Below, one piece after another: positions 41,130 through 52,045 of a stretch of DNA of 64,000 bases (positions within the stretch are counted from its first letter, which is position 1; each line of letters opens with the position of its first letter). Made by a program: the position numbers and the translations under genes. The DNA is from Camelus ferus (Eukaryota): NCBI RefSeq assembly GCF_009834535.1, contig NC_045697.1, positions 34,226,001-34,290,000 of the forward strand, read 5' to 3'. The notes beneath the pieces were generated by a model. It saw only the letters and a program-made list of their open reading frames with translations, did no database searches and was not told the DNA's origin.

Positions 41130-42500
41130 TGTTCTGGTAAGCTGAAAAAATAACCCCCTAAACTATATGCATGTCCTAATCTCTGGAACCTTTGTTTCTT
41201 TATGTAGCAAAAAAGAAATTTGCAGATGTGGTTAAGTTAAGGATCTTGGGATGGGGAGATTATGCTGGATTATCTGCCATCACAAGTATCCTTGTAAGAG
41301 AGGGGCAGGGGGAGATTTGACGCAGAAGAGGAGAAAGCACTTTGACCAGGGTAACAGAGATCCCTTGGTAACAATGGGAGGAATGCCAGCAGCCACCAGA
41401 AACCAGAAGAGACAAGGAATGAGTTCTCCCCTAGAGCCTCCAGAGGGAGCACGGCCTTTCCAACACCTTGATTTTGTTTCAGTAAAACCAATTTCAGAAC
41501 TGGGAGAGAAAAAGGTTTTGTTGTTTTAAGCCACCAGCTTTATGGTAATTTATTACAGCAGCCATCAGAAACTAATACAGATTTTGGTATGAGGAAGGCG
41601 GGTGCTGCTGTAACAAATACCTAAAAATGTGAAAGTGGCTTTGAAATTAGATAATGGGCAGAGGCTGGAAGAATTTTGAGGCACATAGTAGAAAACTACT
41701 AGACTCCCTTAAACAGACTGTAGGTAGAAATACGGACGTTAAAGTGCCTGCTGGTGAGAATTCAGAAGAAAGTAGGAAGATGGGTAGAGAAAGCCATAGC
41801 ATATCATCTTAGAAAATACATGAACAGTCATAAATTGAATGTTGCTAGAAATATGAATGTTAAAGGTACTGCTAGTGAGATCTCAGAAGGAAATGAGGAA
41901 CATGTTATTGGAAATTTGAGGATAGGGGATTTTTGCAATATAGTGGCAGAAAACGTAGCTGAATTGTGCTCTACCATTATGTAGAAAGCAGAATTTGTAA
42001 ATGATGACTTTGGATATTTAGCTGAGGAGTTTTCTAAGCAAAGCAGCAAAGGTTTGGCCTGGTTTCTTCTTGCTGCTTATAGTAAAATGTGAGAGAAAAG
42101 AAATGGAGGGAAGTACTTTTAAGTCCAACAGAACTAGATTTAGGAAATTCTCAGCCTATCTAGATTTCAAAAGGTACTAAAATCAGGAGACTGACTGTTT
42201 GGGAGTATGCCCTAGAGAGAAGGCCAGGAGTGTGGCTGGACAGCCTTTTGCTGGCGCTGAAGAGATGAGGTGTGTGACTCGTGAGTCCCCTCAGCCACCT
42301 CAGCAGCCACCAAGAAAGAAGGTGGGATTACACAGGAAAGATCTGTGGAGGACCCTCTTATCTAATGGTAAAAATCCCCATGACATACATTGGAGACTCA
42401 CAAGGTTTTTGAGAATGCTATAGTGGCATAATTACTGCCACTTTGGCCAGAAAGGGACAAGTTTTTAGTAATTTGTTCCCATAGCTATAGGAAACCAATA
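41130..42500 (+). mobile_element. MaLR (MLT1-type) LTR, internal region and partial second LTR end
   Basis: LTR ends GGTAATTTATTACAGCAGCC...AAACTAATACA at ~41579, then internal GATTTTGGTA...CTGTAACAAATACCTAAAAATGTG; second LTR tail AGTAATTTGTT...ATAGGAAACCAATA at ~42465-42500. Confidence 0.8.
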
Positions 42501-42840
42501 GCTAGCATTTAAAAATACATACATATATTACGTGCCAACACTCTGCCTGCTTTGTACGTTACTATCTCATTTAACTTAACATTAAGCCTGTGATGTAGCA
42601 CTATTGTATCTCGACTTTTACAGATTTTCTTTATTTCATTATTTATTTGACAATAGGGAACCTAAGTGCTTTACAAATATTTAATATTATTATTATCTCC
42701 ATTTTATAGTTCACTTGTCTTCCTCCTTTACTTCAGCAAGGGCCACCAGACCCTCTTACTTTTTCTGATTGGCGAGTATTTCTTGTGTCCCATAGTGCAT
42801 TTGAGGTGAATGTAATTCTGTGATGCTTTTTGTAACCTAG

Positions 42841-42910
42841 GCTTACATACAGAGTTCTTCAGGGATCCCTGTTTCCATCTCCAATTCTGAGGGCTAAGCG
42901 TTTTGACTGA
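42841..42910 (+). CDS. ATP10D: ATP10D last coding exon, ending at an early TGA
   Basis: acctAG|G CTT ACA TAC AGA ...; (R)LTYRVLQGSLFPSPILRAKRFD then TGA at 42908-42910. Confidence 0.9.
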
Positions 42911-43150
42911 CTGCAGAGGAGAGGATGGAAGGTCTCAAGAAGTGGTGAGGGGCTGGAAAGATGAGTCAGGTGACATCTAAGTATGCTGACCACTCACCTG
43001 CAATTCAGAGCGAATACCCATCTCTGATCGTTCTGCTGCCTTTGCAATGACGTCAGCAACTTCTTGTGCGGATAAACAAGGAAACTCATCTGTACATGAA
43101 ACTCATCTGAAACTAAGGCCTCAGGGATGGCTGGACCCTCAAAGGATTAA
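42911..43150 (+). pseudogene. Decayed relic of the ATP10D C-terminal tail coding sequence, now 3'UTR
   Basis: Out-of-frame pieces AEERMEGLKKW*GAGKMSQVTSKYADHS, FAMTSATSC, ETKASGMAGPSKD* resemble the recalled human tail. Confidence 0.8.
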
Positions 43151-44354
43151 AAAATCAGGTTACCCTCCTTGAGTTGCAAGTATTCGTTCAAGTTTGGAAG
43201 AGGGATTTTGAAGAGGTTTCTCTACCTAGAAAGAATGACTCGGATTTTTCCTTAAGGGACAAGAACATTTTACTGGACTTGCAAATGCCAATGTGATGAC
43301 CTTTGCTGTATGTTTGTAGATACATCTGTGAAAGAGCTGAATTTGACCTGGACAGAGTTTATAGAAATGAAATATTTAATTCAGAATCAAATGCTTTTAT
43401 GAAACTTTTTGGATTTTGTGAAAGCATTTTAATTGTCTTAGAAATGCAGACATTCTCTAGGGAATTCATTTGAGCATATATTTATTTTACTCTCTGCCTA
43501 TTTCAGTGTTCTCCTGAGGTGGAGCCTTTACTGGGGAGGGGCAGCAGCAATGCCAGGGTTCCATGGAGATGTGTTCTCTCTGCTTCCAGTCAAAAGAAGA
43601 CTTTACATGAGGTCTGCTTCTGTGCCAGTAATGTCAATGCGGAAACAGGCCGTAGGTAAGGAAGACAGAATCAGCTAAGTCTAGAGCCCATTTGGGAATT
43701 TCCTGTATTCTGAAACTGACAATAGCCTGATCAAAATGAGACCATCAATTTCAAAACAGCCTACAAGAGACCTTTTGAGCGTTTATTGTCTTTACAATAC
43801 CCTATAATTTTTCTTGTGTTGCAAACTCTAAAAATGAGATACTATAAACTGAGACTAATACTGGTGGTCCTCAAAAGGATTCCATGAGATTATTAGAAAA
43901 TTTTGTTTTTTTGATACATTTCAGGACAGGTATGTCTAAATCAAGTTACTTACTGTTGCAAATCATATATGCTGGCTTTAGTTGGAACAAAGAAACTAGT
44001 TTCTACCCAAACTGACAGGTGTTATTATAATATCATGTATTCTTGTTGAGTTCTTTTAAAATTCTGTATCTATTCATCTGAAAATTGTCAGCCACCCAGA
44101 ATTTCCTTCATGAAATCTCCATGCTAATGTTCCATGTCTATATGAAGGTCTTCTTAATGACTATTCAACTATTATTCTCAGGGCTTAATCTTATACCTGT
44201 TGCCTACTATGCTGGTCTGATATTTTTTGTAGCCTTATAATATTATTGCAAATGGTCTTTTACACAAACAGATTTATAGAACGTTGAAAATCCTCCATGG
44301 CTAATTGAGGTAGCTTTCTGCTTTCTTATGATTTTTTTTTAAAGTAAACTGTTT

Positions 44355-44360
44355 AATAAA
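44355..44360 (+). terminator. Candidate ATP10D polyadenylation signal
   Basis: AATAAA about 1.45 kb after the stop, preceded by U-rich and followed by U/GU-rich sequence. Confidence 0.6.
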
Positions 44361-45494
44361 TAACATATACAAAAACTGTCTTCACTTCTGTATATACTCA
44401 CTGAATCCAACAGTAATTGGTACCAGAACTTAGATGGAAAATCCTAAAGTACACCTTTTACCAGAATACTGTTTTGATCTTCTCTTATATGGAAAAATCA
44501 GTGTTGTCATATCGTCTGTTATCTTCATAGCAGCTGGCATTCATTCCCTGAGATCATCTTCTGATGAATAAAAATTTAGAGATATATTCACTTGTAAAAA
44601 ATACAACAAGGAATTAGAATCTAAGGATAAAAAGAATGAGTCCAAAAGACTAAGAAAAAAGGGCAATTTCCAAGATCCAAAGTATCTATACACGTGAGTA
44701 AATTCTTGAGTTTCCGTGAGTCCATAATCCATTTTCCACAATCCCACAATCCCAAGAACTCTGAAAACTGAAGTTTTCATAAATTAGGTACAAATTCAAT
44801 GTCTTAAATAGACGTAAGGCTATTTATTTATTTAATGTAATTATTTGTATATTTTTGCCACAAAAATATTAATAACATTTTATTACAGGGTGCTGAACTT
44901 TTTAATACTAGGTTTTCAAGATTTAAAAAAATTCTGGACTCTGAAATAAATCTGGTCCTCAGGAGAAAGTGATTTTGGATCTGTATGAAGCCTTTTAAAG
45001 GGTCTCATTTACAAATGAGTAACTTTTATACAAAGTCACCCAAGCTGATGTGACCTGTTGCATTTGGGTGTTCAGTGCATTTCACCAAATTTGGGGAGGT
45101 GGGGACTAAGCATTACATTATTGCTTTTAGAAGCCAGGAAAAATTAATTAACAGTATACATTTTGCAATACAATTTTACTCCAAAAACTTTATAAAAGAA
45201 TTGGGTCAGATTCCCAAAATGTGCTCTAGACATTAAAGATCCTTGCACTTTTGCCAGAACTGAAGTTTTCCTTGGACACTCAGTGGCTGATTTGAGACTA
45301 TTAGCAACCTCATTTCAGACTAATCAAAGAGCCATCAGTCATCTAAAATAAAAGCATGTTCCTTCCTGTGAGAGTGAGACAGGTAAGTAAATTTTGATTG
45401 GTGGGGAACTGGGTGCCAGCTATTATAATGGGAGACACAATTTTCTGGGGTTTGCTATCCATGTTTCATATCCATTAAAAAAAAAGTATACCAT

Positions 45495-45500
45495 TTTATT
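45495..45500 (-). terminator. Candidate CORIN polyadenylation signal
   Basis: TTTATT on + (AATAAA on -) about 1.5 kb after the CORIN stop; other hexamers exist in the region. Confidence 0.5.
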
Positions 45501-47005
45501 TGTATTAAAGGTTATTTAAAATAAGTATAATACGTACATTTCACTGAACATGAGCATAATTTGTTAGATTATGTACTGATAACAAAACTGACATATGTTC
45601 TCATATAGTTGTGACCACAATTCAGTTGCTGGATTTTACATTCTCAACAGGTTTACACAAACTACAGAACAAGAGATGAATAATGTGGAAGTGTCAAGAC
45701 AACTTTTCAAATGTCGCATATACACACAGGTAGAAAAGTACCAAAAGACGTGTATAAAATTGCAGGTGACCTCTGTGGAATGCTGAGTCCACCCAGGTTG
45801 CTGGTGAAGGTTAGTACGGAATCCTATTCATTCAAAAGGCATTAGGATGTTGCAAAAGGGATGCCTGACTCATTAAATTAGATGCATGTGAAGATTTGTG
45901 TTTTGAAACTTTTTAGTGGAGAAAAATTCTTTGACTAATTACTTCAGAAATTGATGTTCATAAAGTGGCCTAGTGCTTAAAAGCATCTTTAAATTTTTGT
46001 TTTAATTATCAATGGGGAAAAATGGCAACACCAGATGTTAAACATCTTTTGAGGAAAATTGCAAAATATTTTCCTTCATGCAAAGTCTTACTGTGCTTTT
46101 TATTGGTATGGATGAACACAGGAAAACTGGGAAATAATTAATTAGGTATGGGGTACAATTTTATTTTCTTTTTTTAAAAAATTGCATCTCTTCACTCTAA
46201 AGCGAGTTTGCCTTTGGTAAAATTTAATTTCAACTTCATTATCCCATAGCAGAATGAAATACTTCCCACATATATTTTTCCAGTTGTTGAAAGCTCAGTT
46301 GGCAACTGATACACAGTGAACAAACCTCAGCCAGGAAGGTTCCATGGAAACTTTTCTATAAAATTACAACCTTGATTAAATTCAGAATGGGCAGTCCTGT
46401 GATACCAAGTGCTAATATTGATATCAAACAAGCTTTCTGCTCAGTCTGTCTTGTAATTTCTGCTGTCTTTCGTAAGTGCTCAGAATTATGCAAACTTTAG
46501 AAGAGAAATAGAAAATAACTTAAGCATGTAAATTATCTTGGCTTCTAATAAATCAAAAGCAAGTCACCAAAGTTAATACTGAAATTTGCCACTACGCTAC
46601 TCTGCTTGAGAAACAAAAGCTGGCAAAGATGAGTCAGCTTGGATCTCAGTGTCCTTTCTGTGACCAGACAAAACGGAACTTTCTCTAACCTGTTGGGCTA
46701 GCGCTTGAATTATTCTCTTTCCAGAGTTGATCATTCCATGTTACAGTCAAGGTTAAGCCTGCCTGGCAAAAGAACAAACTTTTGCTTTGTTTTTTAAAGA
46801 CTCTCATTGAACTTAAAGTAGGAGAAAAATAGAATGTTTTTAAAAAGCTGAATAAAACTAGACCAAGAAGACATGAACATTTGCAGCACACTGTTAAGCA
46901 TCCCGGTCCATGAAAAAGTGCTTCTGTATACCTCTCTGCAAAGGAGGAAGTTCTGCACGGTTTTCTTTGAATGTCGCTGGCAAAAGTCTCTGATCATCTT
47001 TGGAA

Positions 47006-47188
47006 TTAGTTTAGGAGAAAGGTATGGATATATATTTGTCTTTCAATCCATTTGACAAAGTATGTCACATTGCTGTAAACTCCGGGCCCCAGGACTTTGG
47101 AAAAGCAGACGGAGCCCCATGAAGTTAAGCCAAATAATGTCCACTGTCCTCCAGGCCGCTCACAAACAAGAGGCCCGCCACTGTCTCC
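47006..47188 (-). CDS. CORIN: CORIN last coding exon (catalytic Ser, GDSGG)
   Basis: ttacAG|GGA GAC AGT GGC GGG; GDSGGPLVCERPGGQWTLFGLTSWGSVCFSKVLGPGVYSNV...IHTFLLN*. Confidence 0.97.
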   Translation of the reverse strand, partial: GDSGGPLVCERPGGQWTLFGLTSWGSVCFSKVLGPGVYSNVTYFVKWIERQIYIHTFLLN

Positions 47189-48492
47189 CTGTAAAGAAGA
47201 GCAGTAGACGTGAGTCACCAGTATTTCAGAGTCCTCCTAGGGTACAAGCTATCCTAGGGATAAAATAAATCCAAACCCGGATTAACCAACGTCTTGGAGA
47301 ATTTCAACAAAGTTTTCACTGTCAGCCTGTGAGGGAGCACGCTTCCCACGACATAAACCGAACTTCCCAATGAACATTGTAAACCCTGAGCTTTAAAAGA
47401 GGAGGAACAACTTGGAGAAGTTCTGTATTTTTTTCTCTATGATATCAGAGGACTTTTTGTTATTTCCTGCACTTATTCAAAAAATGTCATGAACTTTTTT
47501 TTTTAAATTTACTGTATCAGAGCTGATCCTCTCACAGTTGAGCTCATTCTTTAATTTTAATCCATTTTATGAATTTAGAACGTACTCAAAATGAAACATT
47601 CAAGGACTGTTTTCTCACAAAAAAAAATTCTAAAACAACTCACTACTTGGAAGATTTTTGCTATGCGAATGAATGCATCAAGGAAAACACTCAGGGGCCA
47701 CTTACACATTTCTTAACAGTTTTTAGGACTTTTTCAAATAGCATGCTTGAAAAGAAACTGCTACATAACAATTAATTACAGTAAACTATATTATTATAAC
47801 ACATTTTATTTCACGTGCATAGAGATTTTTCATTCTTGGTATTTAAGTTTAGGTGTTGCAATTGAGATTTATTCAGTTTTTTTGCCCACATATAATTAAC
47901 AGTAAGACACTATGGCTTTAAAAATGCTAATATGTGCTATATCTGGAAAGATGAGAATAAGTTAGAGTGGTATATTCTTCATGGCCTCCAAAGAGAAGGA
48001 TTGATATTCTAGAAAACAAGGAGGTAAGTATGTGAACTCATGGCAGAAATTTACAAATACTCCTTGCCCTGCAAGAATTTCAAACTTGGAAGAATATCCA
48101 TAGTCTTCCCACTTAGTAATGTTGGAGAAAAATAGTAATCATGTTCATTGATGCTCTTCTAAACACTTTCCCTATATTAGCTCATTTAATCCTCATGAAA
48201 TCCCCACAGGTTAATAATAATTGTATTATTATTATTTATATATTATTATATAATTGTTTACATTTTCATTATTATTGTTATATCCATTTTGGAGATAATG
48301 AAACTGAAGCACGGTTCTTTTTATATCTTGTTCATTAGCAGAGCTGGGAGTAAAGCCCAGGCACTCTGGCACATGACTCCAACTCTGTAACTACTAGGCT
48401 GTCTTTTTTCTTAGAAATGTTAGTGAATACAACTGCTATTAAAGCAACATTGACTTTCTGATCGTGCTGTATGCTTTGTAGAAGTGGTGATC

Positions 48493-50706
48493 TTTTTTAC
48501 TGAAGCAAAGTTGATTTACAGTATTGTGTTAGTTTCAGGTGTACAGCAAAGTGATTGTTATACACACTTCTTTCAGATTATTTTCCATTATAAGATATTG
48601 AATGTAGTTCCCTATAATATACAGTGAACCTTTGTTTCATAGCAATTTCATGTATAGTAGTTTGTATCTCTTAATCCCATACTCCTAAATTATCCCTCCC
48701 TGCCTCCATTTCCACTCGGTAACCATAAATTTGTTTTCTATGTCTGAGTCTCTTCCTTGTTTTTTATATAGGTTCATTTGTATTATGTTTTAGATTCCAC
48801 ATGTAAGTGATATATTTGTCTTTCTCTGTCTGACTTCACTAAGTATAATATTCTCTAGGTCCATTTATGTGGCTACAAACGGCAACATTCCATTCTTTTT
48901 TATGGCAGAGTAGTATTCCACTGTATGTGTGTATGCATATATATATACACACACATACACACATACATGTGTATATGACATCTTCTTAAACCAGTTGCCT
49001 GTTGGTGGACATTTGGGTTATTTCCATGTCTTGGCTATTGTAAATTGTGCTGCTGTGAACATCGAGGCACATTTATCTTTTCAAATAAGAGTTTTCATCT
49101 TTTCCAGATATATGGCCAGGACTGGGATTGCTGGATCATATGGTAGCTCTATTTTTAGTTTTCTAAGGAACCTCCTTACTGTTCTCCATGGTGGCTGCAC
49201 CAATTTACATTCCTACCAACAGTTTAGGAGAGTTCCCACTCCTCCTAATTTATTTTCTAGCATTTATTATTTCCAGATGTTTTGATGATGGCCATTCTGA
49301 CTGGTACGAGGTGTTACCTCATTGTAGTTTTGATTTGTATTCCTCTAATAATTAGCAATGTTGAGCATCTTTTCATGTGTCTGTTGGCCACCTCTATATT
49401 GTCTTTGGAGACCCATCTATTTAAGTCTTCTCACCATTTTTTGTTTGTTTTTTTGATACTGAGTTATATATGCTGTTTATGTATTTTAGATATTAATCCT
49501 TGTCGATCACATCATTTGCAAATATTTTTTCCCACTATGTAGGTTGTCTTCGTTTTATTGATGGTTTCCTTTGCTGTGCAAAAGCTTTTAAGTTTGATTA
49601 GGTCTCATTTGCTTATTTTTGCTTTTATTTATTTTGCTTTAGGAGATTGTGCTAAGAAAACATATTGCTACAATTTATGTCTGAGGATGTTTTGCCTATG
49701 TTCTCGTCTAGGAGTTTTATGGTATTGTGTTTTGTATTTAGATCTTTAAAATATTTTGAGTTTATTTTTATATAGTGTGAAGGAGTGTTCCAATTTCATT
49801 GATTTACGTGTCCAGCTTTCCCAGCACCACTTGTTGAAGACACTGTCTTTTCTCCATTGTATATTCTTACCTCCTTTGTCATTGATTGTGGGTGTGTGGG
49901 CTTATTTCTGGGCTATTCTATTCCATTGATCTGTATATCTGTTTTTGTGCCAGTACCATGCTGTTTTGATTACAGTAGCTTTGTAGTCTAGTCAGAAGTC
50001 TGGGAGGGTTGTGCTTCCAGTTTCATTATTTTTCTTCAGTATTGCTTTGATAATTCTGGGTTTTTTGTGGTTTCACATAAATTTTAGGAATATTTGTTCT
50101 AGTTCTTTGAAAAATATCCTGGCTTTTTGATAGGGATCACATTAAATCTGTAGATTGCTTTGGGTAGTATGGTCATTTTAACAATATTAATTCTTCCTAT
50201 GCAAGAGCATGGGATAGCTTTCCATGTCTTTAAATCATCTTCAGTTTCCCTGTAGTTTTCAGCCTAAAGGTCTTTCACCTCATAGGTTAAATTTATTCCT
50301 AGGTATTTTTTGACAAAATTTTAAATGGGATTTTTTTTTAACCTTCTCTTTCCGATATTTCATTGTTAGTGTAAAGAAATGCAACATATTTTTATATGTT
50401 AATCTTGTATCCTGCTACCTTGGTGAATTCATTTATTCTAACAGTTTCTGAGTGGAGACTTTAGGATTCTCTACATAGAGTATCATATCATCTGCAAATA
50501 GTTATAGTTTTACCTATTCCCTTCCAAGTTGGATGCCATTTATTTCTTGTCTGATTTCTGTGAACAGGACTTCCAATGCTGTGTTGAGTAGGAGTGAGAG
50601 TGAGCATCCTTGTCTTGATTCTGAGTCTAGCAGAAAGGCTTTTAGCTTTTCACCATTGAGTGTTAGCTGTGGGTTTGTCATAAATGGCTTTTACTATGTT
50701 GAGATA
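48493..50706 (-). mobile_element. 5'-truncated L1 (ORF2 3' part and 3'UTR), degenerate
   Basis: Reverse-complement L1 motifs, e.g. GATGATGGCCATTCTGACTGG, CCTTTGCTGTGCAAAAGCTTTT, ATCATATCATCTGCAAATAG. Confidence 0.92.
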
Positions 50707-50894
50707 CGAATTTTTCTCACAATCATCCCTCGTGGCAGTATCATTATTTCTCTTACTTTATAGATCAAGAAGACAAAGGACCAGAGAGGTTAAGTAATCT
50801 ACTCCATATCACCCGGCATTAAGGTGGCAGAATAAAGGTATGAACCCATGCCGTCTGGCTTCAGAATGCAAGTACTTGGCCAATCAATTTTTTT

Positions 50895-51468
50895 TTGTAA
50901 AAGTGACTATAACTACAATTAACAGCAAAAGGATAAGCATTAAGCTGTAAAATAGGACATTAAAATCACAAAATATGGGGGAGGGGAATACACAAATGTA
51001 GATCTTTTATAATGTGTTTGAACTTGCATGACTATCAGTTTAAAGCAAGCAGACATAGTTACGGATGAACATACTTGAACTCCATGATAACCACAAATCA
51101 AATACAACAGATTCACAAAAACCAAAAAGAAAGGAACTCAAGCATACTACAAATGGAAAAACAAAAAGAAGACGAAATGAAGAACTACAAAACACCTGGA
51201 AAACAAGATTTATAATAGCAGTAAGTGTACATCTATCAATGGACTGGCCATTGGACTAAATCGTCTGAACAATGGACTAAATGCTCCAACCAAAAGACAG
51301 AGTTGGCAGATTGATGAAAAAAAACAAGAACTCACAATATGCTGCCTACGAAAGACTCACTTAAGGGCAAAAGAAACACCCAGAGTGAAAGTGAGGGGAT
51401 GGAAAAAAGGTATTTCATACAAATGGAAACAGCAGGAAAGCAGGGATAGCAATATTCATATCAGACTC
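50895..51468 (+). mobile_element. L1 fragment covering the inter-ORF region and ORF2 endonuclease start
   Basis: AATGGACTAAATGCTCCAACCAAAAGAC (NGLNAPTKR), ATATGCTGCCTAC (ICCL), AAAGTGAGGGGATGGAAAAA (KVRGWKK). Confidence 0.8.
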
Positions 51469-52045
51469 TTCCAGATCAAAAACTTGGCCAGATCATTTAG
51501 CATCTACTTTTTTAAAGATTCTATGCTCAGGTCTACACAAATGAATAAGAAACTCTTTTTGGCCCTAAGGGGCCAAAAGTCCACTTGGGTAATGAGAATA
51601 ACTTTACAAGAAAGGAAAATCTAAGGGCTGTAAGTAAAGGAGTCTTCAAAGGAAAGGGTGATTACTTCCAGGTGGAGGAGAACGTAGGCTCAGTGAAGCA
51701 GGTAGACAATTACTGGAAAACAAGAGGTGAAGAAGTAGTGATTCAAAATGAAAGGGAGACTACAGCTTAAGGCACAGTTTGGTTTTTTTGGTCCTCTTTT
51801 CTTCTTTGTAATGTGGGCCTTTAGGCCAAAGTTTGTATTTTGTTTCGGTATTGAGTCCCATGATTTCTAGACCTTAACAGAGGGACCCATGGCTTCCAGT
51901 GCATCTCACTGATGCAATTAAGGAAGATAATGGGAGGGTCTGGTGAATAATCTTGCTCCAGACCTGGTAAAAAGTAGCTTTTGTTCTGTTTTCTACCTTG
52001 GCTTATATTAGAGAGCATCTGATGAGCATTCTAAAAAGATACCCA

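Noticed and set aside
5903..42910. ATP10D as a complete pseudogene
   Set aside because: All 14 exons splice in frame with canonical sites and intact motifs; only the tail after TM10 is lost.
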